Origin: an uncultured Bacilli bacterium
GTDB lineage: Bacteria; Bacillota_I; Bacilli_A; RF39; UBA660
Direction of reading: 5' to 3'
Assembly (NCBI GenBank): GCA_910579535.1
Contig: CAJTUR010000022.1
Location: forward strand, 1-25,967
Length of the DNA stretch: 25,967 bases
The notes beneath the pieces were generated by a model. The model saw only the letters and a list, made by a program, of their open reading frames with translations, did no database searches and was not told where the DNA came from. Each line of letters starts with the position of its first letter. Within the stretch, counting starts at the first letter, position 1. This document shows positions 15,722-23,421 of this stretch, in pieces. Both the position numbers and the translations under genes were made by a program.

Positions 15722-15744
15722 AAAAAAGAAATCCGAAGATTACT
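15719..15744 (-). terminator. Rho-independent terminator after the ytxH-like gene
   Basis: The minus strand reads AGTAATC-TTCG-GATTTCT (one mismatch, UUCG tetraloop) followed by T9. It overlaps the stop codon. Confidence 0.55.
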
Positions 15745-16138
15745 TATTTTCTAATTTTTCAATTGCTTGCTTCGTCACTTCAATCGCTTTTACTCTTAAA
15801 GCATCCACAGCCTCTTCTAAAATAGGTTCACTTTTATCCTTTACATATCTTGCTAATTTTTTACAATCCGCTTCAATTTTTTTAGCTTTATTCTTTGCTG
15901 CTTTCAAAACCGTTTCTTTATCTAACGCTTTTAAATCGGTTTCCAATTTTTCTATTTTTTCTGAAACATATTTTTTTACATCTTTTACTTTAACGTTTTC
16001 CAACTTTTCTTTTAATTCTGTAATTTTATTTTTCAAATCTTGTCTTGTTTCCTTTCCACTTTTTGGAGCAAACAACACACCCAATCCAGCACCAATTGCT
16101 GTTCCAGCAACTAACGTTGCAACTGTCTTTTTCTTCAT
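15740..16138 (-). CDS. YtxH-domain general stress protein (N-terminal TM anchor, coiled coil)
   Basis: It begins MKKKTVATLVAGTAIGAGLGVLFAPKSGKETRQDLK, the YtxH signature. The remainder is K/E-rich and helical. Confidence 0.85.
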   Translation of the reverse strand: MKKKTVATLVAGTAIGAGLGVLFAPKSGKETRQDLKNKITELKEKLENVKVKDVKKYVSEKIEKLETDLKALDKETVLKAAKNKAKKIEADCKKLARYVKDKSEPILEEAVDALRVKAIEVTKQAIEKLENK

Positions 16139-16176
16139 ATTTCACCATCCCTACTATAAGTATAGTATTAAAAGTC

Positions 16177-16221
16177 AAAAAAAACAAACGAATTCATAAA
16201 ACAGTTGACATTCATTTGTTT
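16177..16221 (-). terminator. Candidate terminator after the TtcA-like gene
   Basis: The minus strand reads AAACAAATGAAT...ATTCGTTTGTTT (12 bp including one G-U pair, large loop) followed by T8. It overlaps the TGA stop. Confidence 0.45.
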
Positions 16222-17039
16222 ATATCATAATCATCTAAGAAAGAAACTTTTTTATCATCCACCCGATAGCCTAAGATACAATTCAAATTAATATTCTCTA
16301 GACTTTTAAAAATATTTTGATCAATCTCATCACTTTTTTCTCTTAACAGTTGAATGAAAGACTTAATCTCTTTTCGTTTACTATTCTTTTCTAAATCATT
16401 TTTTTCAGTAAAAGAACAAGCACAATTTAAAAAGGTCAAACGATTATAACCAACCCAATCTTTAATTGATTTTTCTTTAATAAGATACATTGGACGAATA
16501 AGTTGTAAGCCTTTAAAATGGTCACTGTAAAGTTTGGGCATCATAGTCTTCACTTCAGAGGCATAAAACATAGAAAGCAAAGTCGTTTCAATAACATCAT
16601 CAAAGTGATGGCCTAAAGCAATTTTATTGCACCCCAGTTCTTGTGCTTTATTATAGAGATGTCCTCTTCTCATTCTGGCACACAAATAACAAGGGCTTTT
16701 TGGATTCAACTTATTCGCCACCTCAAAAACATCGGTATCAAAAAGTTCTAAATCAATATTTAATAAACGACTATTCTTTTTAATTAAATCGATATTTTTT
16801 TGGCTATACCCAGGATTCATCACAACATACTTTAACTCAAAATCAATTTTTCCATGTCTTTTAAGTTCCTCTAAACACTTAGCCATTAAAAAAGAATCTT
16901 TACCTCCACTGATACAAACCATAATCTTATCGTGATTTTCTATTAATTGATAATCGTTAATGGCTTTAACAAAAGGATGCCAAATTTCTTTTCGGAAACG
17001 TTTGATAATGCTTCTTTCAATGTTTTTATAGTCTTCCAT
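16212..17039 (-). CDS. PP-loop ATPase of the TtcA / tRNA thiolation family
   Basis: PP-loop motif CISGGKDS, with Cys motifs PCYLCARMRRG and LNCAC consistent with Fe-S ligands. I prefer the ATG at 17039 (SD AAAGGA, 6 nt) over 17054. Confidence 0.8.
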   Translation of the reverse strand: MEDYKNIERSIIKRFRKEIWHPFVKAINDYQLIENHDKIMVCISGGKDSFLMAKCLEELKRHGKIDFELKYVVMNPGYSQKNIDLIKKNSRLLNIDLELFDTDVFEVANKLNPKSPCYLCARMRRGHLYNKAQELGCNKIALGHHFDDVIETTLLSMFYASEVKTMMPKLYSDHFKGLQLIRPMYLIKEKSIKDWVGYNRLTFLNCACSFTEKNDLEKNSKRKEIKSFIQLLREKSDEIDQNIFKSLENINLNCILGYRVDDKKVSFLDDYDINK

Positions 17040-17511
17040 TTGGATTCCTTTCATTATCTACATTATGATTATAAAAAATTTCTTCATAAAAACAAATCTT
17101 TTGCTGATAATCGCTTTCCTTTTTCTTAAAACGAGCAAAACCTTCTTCTGTTAGTCGATCCTCTTTTCGAAATAAAAGAAGCTGATAAAAATTTTGATGC
17201 ATTCTATTTTCATGAATCAAACTTGTTTCTAAACACTTTACCATCATTTCTAAGTCTTCCTTAATAAAAGATTCTTGACTTACTTCTAAACGTTTAATCA
17301 ATTCGACCATAGTCGCCATCATTTTCTGAGTCTTTTTTTCTAAATCTTCTAATAAACAATAAGGCTCATCTAAAATAATATCAGTTAAAAGAAAAGGAAA
17401 ACGCTTGACCATTTCAAAAATTGCTTTTTGCATTTTTATTTCATAAACCGTTAAAAAAATCACTTTTTGCTTTAACGTATAAAACCAATTATCATAAATC
17501 ATAATTCTCAA
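17026..17511 (-). CDS. Hypothetical cytoplasmic helical protein
   Basis: 161-aa ORF that abuts the AI-2E transporter stop and overlaps the TtcA-like start by 14 nt. The start is uncertain (TTG 17511, ATG 17502 or ATG 17433) and there is no clear SD. I recognise no motif. Confidence 0.45.
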   Translation of the reverse strand: MRIMIYDNWFYTLKQKVIFLTVYEIKMQKAIFEMVKRFPFLLTDIILDEPYCLLEDLEKKTQKMMATMVELIKRLEVSQESFIKEDLEMMVKCLETSLIHENRMHQNFYQLLLFRKEDRLTEEGFARFKKKESDYQQKICFYEEIFYNHNVDNERNPNGRL

Positions 17512-18627
17512 TTACAAACCTTTCTTCTTTAATTTTACATAAATGAATTCTCTAAACAAAGCATAAAGAATCGATGCCAGTGGAAGTCCAATAAGCATGC
17601 CCACAATTCCAAACAAACTTCCTCCTACACTTATAGCCAGTAAGGTCCACATAGGAGATAATCCTACTGATTTACCAACCACTTTTGGATAAATAAAATT
17701 TCCTTCAATTTGTTGTACTACTTGGAAAACGATTATAAAAATAAGAGCATCTAAAGGTTCAGAAGTAAAAATTAAAATAGCGCCTATAACCATGGCAATC
17801 AAAGCACCAAAGATAGGAATTAAAGCGGTAATAGCGGTTAAAACTGAGATAATTAAAGTATAAGGGAATTGGAAAAGTGATAACGCCAAAAACATAAGAA
17901 GACCTAAAAGAGCTGCTTCTAAACATTGACCAGTAATAAATTTAGTAAAAGTTTTATTAACTTGTTGACCAATAGTAAATACTTTTTCAGCTTGTTTTTT
18001 ATTAAAAAGAGCTAAAATAACTTTTCTACTTCCTTCACTTAAATATTCTTTACAACTAAGCATATAAATTGCGAAAATAATCGCTGTAAAAAAAGTAATA
18101 AATCCAGAAATAAGACTTCCAACAAAGCCCGAAGCGCTACTTAATAAATAATTTAAAACGTTAGATAACAAATCAGTCATCGTCCCACTATTAGAGAAAA
18201 ACGTTTCTATTTCACTTTGCATTTTAGGATACTGATTCAATAAATCTAAAATATAATTTTTCGTATTTTCGATTAAAGTTGGAAGATTATTAATAAGTAA
18301 GGCAATATTGTCTATCAATTGAGGAAGAAGTAAAAAAGCAATAAGAACCAAAACAAAGATAAAGATAAGTAAAGAAATTGAAATAGAAAGAATTCTTAAA
18401 CGCTCTTTTCTTATTTTAACTCTTTTACAAAGAAAAGTTTCTATTTTATTCACTAAAATATTTAAAATAAAAGCGAGAACGCCTCCTAAAATAAAAGGAA
18501 GAAAAACATAATAAATTTTATTAAAAAAACGAAGAAGCACATCAAGATGATGAATTCCCCAAAAAGAAACCACAAAAATTAAAATCAATAAAATAAGCTG
18601 TTTCATTCCTAAAACGTCTTTTTTCAT
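17512..18627 (-). CDS. AI-2E family transporter (PerM/UPF0118 permease)
   Basis: 371 aa with about 8 TM helices. It shows the typical topology and a C-terminal GLPLASILYALF segment. Confidence 0.8.
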   Translation of the reverse strand: MKKDVLGMKQLILLILIFVVSFWGIHHLDVLLRFFNKIYYVFLPFILGGVLAFILNILVNKIETFLCKRVKIRKERLRILSISISLLIFIFVLVLIAFLLLPQLIDNIALLINNLPTLIENTKNYILDLLNQYPKMQSEIETFFSNSGTMTDLLSNVLNYLLSSASGFVGSLISGFITFFTAIIFAIYMLSCKEYLSEGSRKVILALFNKKQAEKVFTIGQQVNKTFTKFITGQCLEAALLGLLMFLALSLFQFPYTLIISVLTAITALIPIFGALIAMVIGAILIFTSEPLDALIFIIVFQVVQQIEGNFIYPKVVGKSVGLSPMWTLLAISVGGSLFGIVGMLIGLPLASILYALFREFIYVKLKKKGL

Positions 18628-18687
18628 ACAATTTCACCCCTAAATCATAAATTGGCTTTATTTTATCTCAGTTTCTATTTTTTGTCT

Positions 18688-18715
18688 ATAAAAAAAAGCT
18701 CTTTTAAAAGCTTTT
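18688..18715 (-). terminator. Rho-independent terminator after tRNA-Glu
   Basis: The minus strand reads AAAAGCT-8 nt-AGCTTTT, directly followed by T-run TTTT and then AT. Confidence 0.6.
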
Positions 18716-18725
18716 AAATATCAAT

Positions 18726-18802
18726 TGGTAGGATGTACGGGTTTCGAACCCGTGAATACCACCTTGAGAGGGTGGCGTGTTAAACCCCTTCACCAACATC
18801 CC
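18726..18802 (-). tRNA. tRNA-Glu (anticodon CUC), CCA encoded
   Basis: The minus strand reads GGGATGTTGGTGAAGGGGTTTAACACGCCACCCTCTCAAGGTGGTATTCACGGGTTCGAAACCCGTACATCCTACCA. It folds as a cloverleaf with the 3-bp D stem typical of tRNA-Glu, anticodon loop CU-CUC-AA and T-loop GGTTCGAAACC. The first acceptor pair is G1-U72. Confidence 0.85.
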
Positions 18803-18834
18803 AAAAAATAATGCCTTTTTCTTAAGACATTATT
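18803..18834 (-). terminator. Possible terminator after the 136-aa gene, immediately 5' of the tRNA
   Basis: The minus strand reads AATAATG-14 nt-CATTATT followed by TTTTTT. The stem is weak and the loop large. Confidence 0.35.
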
Positions 18835-18869
18835 ATGTTATCATACCTACATTCTTTTTTCAATAGCAA

Positions 18870-19280
18870 TTAACGTCCTCTACTTTCCGTTGCTGTTTTA
18901 TCATCTGGAAGCAAAGCTTTTAAATCTTCAACAGTTTGTGGAACATAGCCACGTAATTGTTCAGTAGTAAAACCTATTTTATTTAGTTCAATACTAGCTC
19001 GAACAATTTGTTCATTGATAGATAAATCATCTTCAGGACGATAAGGCATTAAATATTTTCCTATTTGCTTTCCCTGAAATAAAAGTAATTTTTCTAAAGG
19101 CTTAAGATAATACCTTTCAGCAATCTGATACCTTTGTTTTAAACTTTGTCTCATATTTTCATCTAGAATAGTATGAAACTCACTAGGTTTCATATAGAGA
19201 AAAGATTGCATTTTTTCTTCTGTATCTATTGAATTTAATAAAGCATTAATATCCTCCATTGAAAAATCAAATTCATCCAT
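18870..19280 (-). CDS. Hypothetical acidic cytoplasmic protein
   Basis: 136 aa with a good SD (AGGAG, 7 nt). I recognise no motif. Confidence 0.65.
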   Translation of the reverse strand: MDEFDFSMEDINALLNSIDTEEKMQSFLYMKPSEFHTILDENMRQSLKQRYQIAERYYLKPLEKLLLFQGKQIGKYLMPYRPEDDLSINEQIVRASIELNKIGFTTEQLRGYVPQTVEDLKALLPDDKTATESRGR

Positions 19281-19358
19281 ATTATCACTCCTATTCTATA
19301 TTTATTATACCCAAATCATAAATTTAATAAAAGGATTTTCGTCTAATTTACGTCAAAT

Positions 19359-19721
19359 TTATTCCTTCTCTAAATCAATAGAATCATAAGCCCCCAAATC
19401 ATACACTTGATACCCCAAACCTTTTAAAGTATTATAAGCCAGTTTACTTCTATTGCCACTTCGACAATAAACGAGCAATACTTTACTTTTATCAAGAAAA
19501 GAGAGATTTTCACGAATAATATCATGAGGAATATTTAAAGCCCCAACTAAGTGCCCCTTACTAAATTCTTCTTCTGATCGAACATCCAAAAGAATATAAT
19601 TATTTTCAGAAATAAGTTGTTCCAATGTTTTTTCTTCTTGAACCTTAGATTCAGAACTTTTACACCCTGTAATACAAAAAATAAAAAGTAAACATCCCAA
19701 AATAAAAATAATCTTTTTCAT
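19359..19721 (-). CDS. Rhodanese-domain lipoprotein (sulfurtransferase-like)
   Basis: The ATG at 19721 with SD AAGGAG at 8 nt gives MKKIIFILGCLLFIFCITGC, which contains a lipobox. The active-site loop is CRSGNRS. Confidence 0.85.
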   Translation of the reverse strand: MKKIIFILGCLLFIFCITGCKSSESKVQEEKTLEQLISENNYILLDVRSEEEFSKGHLVGALNIPHDIIRENLSFLDKSKVLLVYCRSGNRSKLAYNTLKGLGYQVYDLGAYDSIDLEKE

Positions 19722-19755
19722 AAAATACACTCCTTATACACGGTTTTATTATACC

Positions 19756-19783
19756 ATAAAAAAAGTAAAACTGTGTTTACTTT
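19756..19783 (-). terminator. Rho-independent terminator after the VOC gene
   Basis: AAAGTAAA-6 nt-TTTACTTT is followed on the minus strand by TTTTTTTAT. Confidence 0.55.
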
Positions 19784-19788
19784 AAAAT

Positions 19789-20169
19789 TTAATCAGCAAG
19801 GGTTAAAATAAAACCATTATTATCAAAAATAGCAAATTCATTTTTACCATAAAAAGTTTTATGAAGTTCACTTGCTAGTTGAACCTTCTCTTTTAAGATA
19901 TCATACATCTCCAAAACATTAGATACCGTAATAAATAAGGTTAAACAAGGTTTAATTTCTTCACAATCTAAACTTGGGTACTCTTGAATCAAATTTTTTT
20001 GTTCTTGAAACATAAGCGTAATGTTATCTTTCTTAAGAATAGCAAATTGTAAATCTTCTCCCGTTTCTGGTACCGTTAATACTTTTTGAAAGCCCAACAT
20101 CTCTTCATAAAATTTTAACGATTCAAATACGCTCTTAACCATTAAATTTGGTGTTAAATTTTCATACAT
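19789..20169 (-). CDS. VOC (glyoxalase/bleomycin-resistance fold) family protein
   Basis: 126 aa. The pattern LTPNLMVKSV..SLKFYEEMLGF...NEFAIFDNNGFILTL is typical of small VOC proteins. Confidence 0.7.
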   Translation of the reverse strand: MYENLTPNLMVKSVFESLKFYEEMLGFQKVLTVPETGEDLQFAILKKDNITLMFQEQKNLIQEYPSLDCEEIKPCLTLFITVSNVLEMYDILKEKVQLASELHKTFYGKNEFAIFDNNGFILTLAD

Positions 20170-20233
20170 ATCTTTTTTCCTCCAACCTTAAAATAGCAAA
20201 AAAATAAAAAAACGTATTGTAAAAAAAAGACAT

Positions 20234-21004
20234 TTAATTTTGTATAAGTTCAAGTGGAGAAAAACCTGTATATCTTTTAATTTCTTTTATAAAATGAGAT
20301 TGATCATAAAAACCGCATAAAGAAATAATTTCCATTAAATTTTTTTGTTCCAGTAACAAAGTTAAACACAAATGTAATCTTAAAATATTTAAAAGTACTT
20401 TAGGAGACACACCATAATATTTCTTAAATATTCGATTCAAATGCCTTGAGTGATAGCCAAAAGTTTTAGCCATTTCATAAACTCGTTGTTCTCGTGGTTC
20501 TTTATACAACTGATCCACCCATAAAAGCATTCTTTTATCTTCTATATGTGTGACTTTTGATAACAAATAATCTTTTAATAATAGCTTTCTATTAAAATCT
20601 TTTTTTATCATAAAAATATTTTTTAAAGTATCACTAGAATCGATATCTTCAAAAAGAATAGGATGATCCATCACTTTTGATGCCTCTATATGAAACATCA
20701 GAAAAAAACTACTTGGCTTTAAACGCACTCCCAGAATGTCAATTTTTTGCTTAAGTTCTAAAACCATCGTTTCTTTACTAAATCCGGCAAAGCAAATGAT
20801 TTCATTTGTAAAATCAATAACAATATCAATACAAGCATCAGGTAAAATAGACACCGCTATCTCATTAGAGCAAATCCTTTTCGATTGCATACTCCAAAAA
20901 CACATCACATAATCCTTTAACTCTTCTATTTCCTGTTCTTGATAATCTACATTAATTTGAAACTCCTTATTTAATAAATAAGGAACTTGTTTAGGATAAA
21001 ACAT
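20234..21004 (-). CDS. AraC-family transcriptional regulator
   Basis: The C-terminal double HTH includes VYEMAKTFGYHSRHLNRIFKKYYGVSP and CGFYDQSHFIKEIKRYTGFSP. Confidence 0.85.
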   Translation of the reverse strand: MFYPKQVPYLLNKEFQINVDYQEQEIEELKDYVMCFWSMQSKRICSNEIAVSILPDACIDIVIDFTNEIICFAGFSKETMVLELKQKIDILGVRLKPSSFFLMFHIEASKVMDHPILFEDIDSSDTLKNIFMIKKDFNRKLLLKDYLLSKVTHIEDKRMLLWVDQLYKEPREQRVYEMAKTFGYHSRHLNRIFKKYYGVSPKVLLNILRLHLCLTLLLEQKNLMEIISLCGFYDQSHFIKEIKRYTGFSPLELIQN

Positions 21005-21016
21005 AAACGCACCAAA

Positions 21017-21044
21017 ATTAAAAAAAGTTCTAAATCAGAACTTT
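21017..21044 (-). terminator. Rho-independent terminator after the lipoprotein gene
   Basis: AAAGTTCT-5 nt-AGAACTTT is followed on the minus strand by TTTTTTAATTTT. Confidence 0.6.
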
Positions 21045-21498
21045 ATTTTGTACAAGTTGCTCCAACACTTGATGATTCATACATAGCTTTGATATCATCA
21101 ATTTTGATTTTACCATCTTTAATTAATTGAGCATTAGCACTATCAATTTCAATCATTTTTTTAGTGTCTACTTTACTGTAATCAACTTCTAAAGTACTTG
21201 TTAAAGTATCACCGTCGATTTTAAGCTCATAATTATAATGTTCAACATCTTTATAAGGTTCATAAATAGCTTCAACAGCTTCCTTATAGTTTTCTAAAAC
21301 ATCTTTAGAACTACTTGTTACTTTTTCAATAGATTTTACCTTTGTAACCGTATTTTTTGAATACTCTACTTCATAACGTAAATCCATACCTAAACCATTT
21401 TGGTTCATACTTCTTGTACATGTCATTGTTTTAGTTTCATTTCCACAACCAGTTAAACAAAACAAAGACACAACAATTAGCATCATTATTTTTTTCAT
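21043..21498 (-). CDS. Lipoprotein, YehR/DUF1307-like
   Basis: It has lipobox LFCLTGC. The size and alternating pattern of the mature part (MTCT...YEVEYSKNTVTKV...) resemble DUF1307 proteins. The family assignment is tentative. Confidence 0.65.
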   Translation of the reverse strand: MKKIMMLIVVSLFCLTGCGNETKTMTCTRSMNQNGLGMDLRYEVEYSKNTVTKVKSIEKVTSSSKDVLENYKEAVEAIYEPYKDVEHYNYELKIDGDTLTSTLEVDYSKVDTKKMIEIDSANAQLIKDGKIKIDDIKAMYESSSVGATCTK

Positions 21499-21548
21499 AT
21501 AAACACCTCTTCCTATTTAATTGTATCATAAATAATTAAAAAAATGTA

Positions 21549-21574
21549 CAAAAAAAGTAGAAAAAGGTCTACTT
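21549..21574 (-). terminator. Rho-independent terminator after hsp20
   Basis: The minus strand reads AAGTAGA-6 nt-TCTACTT followed by TTTTTGTACATTTTTTT. Confidence 0.6.
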
Positions 21575-21989
21575 AATCAATTCGAACGTATTTTTTTTCT
21601 GGAAGTTCTTTCTTTTCCTCAACTTTAGGAATTTCTAATTTCAAAACGCCATTATTAAATTGGGCACAAACATCTTCTGTTTCTAGAGCTTCTCCAACAT
21701 AAAAACTTCTTGAACACTCTCCAAAATACCTTTCACGGCGAACATATTTTCCCTCTTCCTTCTCCTCTATTTCATTTTTTTTAGAGGCATGAATGGTTAA
21801 ATAACCATTTTCTACTTCAATCTTAATCTCTTCTTTTTCATAACCTGGTAAATCAACAATTAAAGAAAAACCATTTGCATTTTCCTTTATATCGGTTTTC
21901 ATAACTTTTGTTTCACTTTCTCTAAAAAACGGATCACTAAAAATATCCTCTAAAAGTCCAAAATCATTTCTTCTTGGTATCATCATCAT
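21573..21989 (-). CDS. Hsp20/alpha-crystallin family small heat-shock protein
   Basis: 138 aa with an alpha-crystallin domain (DIKENANGFSLIVDLPGYEKEEIKIEVENGYLTI...FNNGVLKLEIPK). Confidence 0.9.
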   Translation of the reverse strand: MMMIPRRNDFGLLEDIFSDPFFRESETKVMKTDIKENANGFSLIVDLPGYEKEEIKIEVENGYLTIHASKKNEIEEKEEGKYVRRERYFGECSRSFYVGEALETEDVCAQFNNGVLKLEIPKVEEKKELPEKKYVRID

Positions 21990-22076
21990 AAATAATCATT
22001 TCCTTTCTTTTTTATAATACACAATACCATAAAAAGTATACCATTACTTTTTACATCTTAATCCTACCACTTTAAA

Positions 22077-22103
22077 TTAGCACTGTCAATACAAAAGTGC
22101 TAA
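22077..22103. promoter_or_regulatory. CIRCE (HrcA operator) upstream of hsp20
   Basis: TTAGCACTG-N9-AAGTGCTAA compares with consensus TTAGCACTC-N9-GAGTGCTAA, matching 8 of 9 positions in each arm. On the minus strand the spacer contains TTGACA, followed 17 nt later by TAGGAT, a candidate hsp20 promoter. Confidence 0.75.
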
Positions 22104-22108
22104 TTATA

Positions 22109-23329
22109 TTATTCTGGAATTTTCATAATAAAATAGCCATGACTAACTTCATCCCCATTATAAGCATACAATTTTCCTTTACTTACACCAAGATGATTAT
22201 ATTTAACAGCAATGATTCCTTTCTCATTACTTTTAGAATTTCTCGTTCCATCATACACCACTTTAAACTTACCATCACTAAGATATTCAATATCAGTAAT
22301 CACAACCTCTCCCTCATTCACTGTAGACACAATTCTTAATGTACTAGGAATTTTTTGTTTTACATTTTCTTGAAAAGTATAATAGGTTTCTTTATTATAA
22401 ATGGTATCCTGATCAATAACATAATTCCCATCTTTTCGTGCTTCTTTTAAAGAGTAATCATTAGGAAGAAGTTCTAACTTTCGAAATTGCGTATCGATCG
22501 AACAAGAATTACCTATACCATAATTAATATACACTTTATTAAAAATTTTTCCCCTTATAAATCCATACTCCGTAATCGTATAATCCTGTTCTCGATTATA
22601 ATAATAGTGCTTTCCATCACAATCTAAAATTTCATATTGACTAATAATTTTTTCCATTTCCTTTTTTAAAGAATCATAACTTCTTGGACCTGAAAAAATA
22701 GCATTATAATTGCAACACTCTTCACTTAATTTCATAAATTTAGGAACATCCAATCTTTTTTTGGACGCTTCTGATAAATGAGTACTCACCCCATACGGAA
22801 ATTGATATAAAACAACTAAGCCTCCTAAGAAAAAAACAAAAAATAGCCATTTTAGTTTAAACTTTCTTTTCTTTGGAACAACTTTCTTTTCTTCTTCAAA
22901 AACCTCTTCAATAATTTCTTTTCGTTTTGTTTCAACTTCTAAATCTAGAAGTTTCTTCTTTTCGATTTTTTTAGACGTTTCTTTTACTTTTTTTGGAACT
23001 TTTTTTTCTACTTTCTTCTCTATCTTATCTGTTGTTTGATTCTTTTTATTTTTTTTAAGTTCTTCTTGTTCTAAAGCCCTTACTTTATTTTTAACTTGCT
23101 CCTCTTTAACTTTTTTTACTTCTGTTTTTTTTACCGTCTCTTTTTTAACAGCACTCGTCTTTTTCTTGACTTCACTTGACTTCTTTTTTACCTCTGTACT
23201 TTTATTTTTAGCACTTTGGGTCACTTTTTTTTGAACTTTTTTCTTCTTATTTTTAATCTCTTTTTTTTTCGTAGTCTGACGATTCAGTTGCTTTTTCTTC
23301 TTTTTTACATTTTTCTTCCTCTGTGCCAT
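22109..23329 (-). CDS. Bitopic membrane protein: ~155-aa lysine-rich disordered N-terminus, one TM helix, extracytoplasmic domain with a DUF4362-like C-terminal part
   Basis: 406 aa with SD AAGGTGAAG. The N-terminus is K/E/V low complexity (EVKKK-type imperfect repeats). The TM helix is WLFFVFFLGGLVVLY. The C-terminal stretch NYVIDQDTIYNKETYYTFQENVKQKIPSTLRIVSTVNEGEVVITDIEYLSDGKFKVVYDGTRN resembles the DUF4362 pattern. Confidence 0.7.
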   Translation of the reverse strand: MAQRKKNVKKKKKQLNRQTTKKKEIKNKKKKVQKKVTQSAKNKSTEVKKKSSEVKKKTSAVKKETVKKTEVKKVKEEQVKNKVRALEQEELKKNKKNQTTDKIEKKVEKKVPKKVKETSKKIEKKKLLDLEVETKRKEIIEEVFEEEKKVVPKKRKFKLKWLFFVFFLGGLVVLYQFPYGVSTHLSEASKKRLDVPKFMKLSEECCNYNAIFSGPRSYDSLKKEMEKIISQYEILDCDGKHYYYNREQDYTITEYGFIRGKIFNKVYINYGIGNSCSIDTQFRKLELLPNDYSLKEARKDGNYVIDQDTIYNKETYYTFQENVKQKIPSTLRIVSTVNEGEVVITDIEYLSDGKFKVVYDGTRNSKSNEKGIIAVKYNHLGVSKGKLYAYNGDEVSHGYFIMKIPE

Positions 23330-23421
23330 TTCTTCACCTTATTTTCTTGGAAATATTATAACTAAATTACTAAAAAAAAGAAACTCTTTTTCATAAATTT
23401 TCCCAAAAAAAAGAAGACGTT

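Noticed and set aside
16045-16230. 61-aa plus-strand ORF, and similarly 16947-17129 and 22097-22339
   Set aside because: Each lies antisense to a confidently called minus-strand gene (ytxH-like, TtcA-like, the 406-aa gene) and has no supporting signals.
22860-23329. Possible DNA tandem repeat in the lysine-rich coding region
   Set aside because: There is only imperfect low-complexity repetition (AAA/AAG/GAA-rich) with no fixed period that I can define. It is treated as protein low complexity, not as a repeat element.
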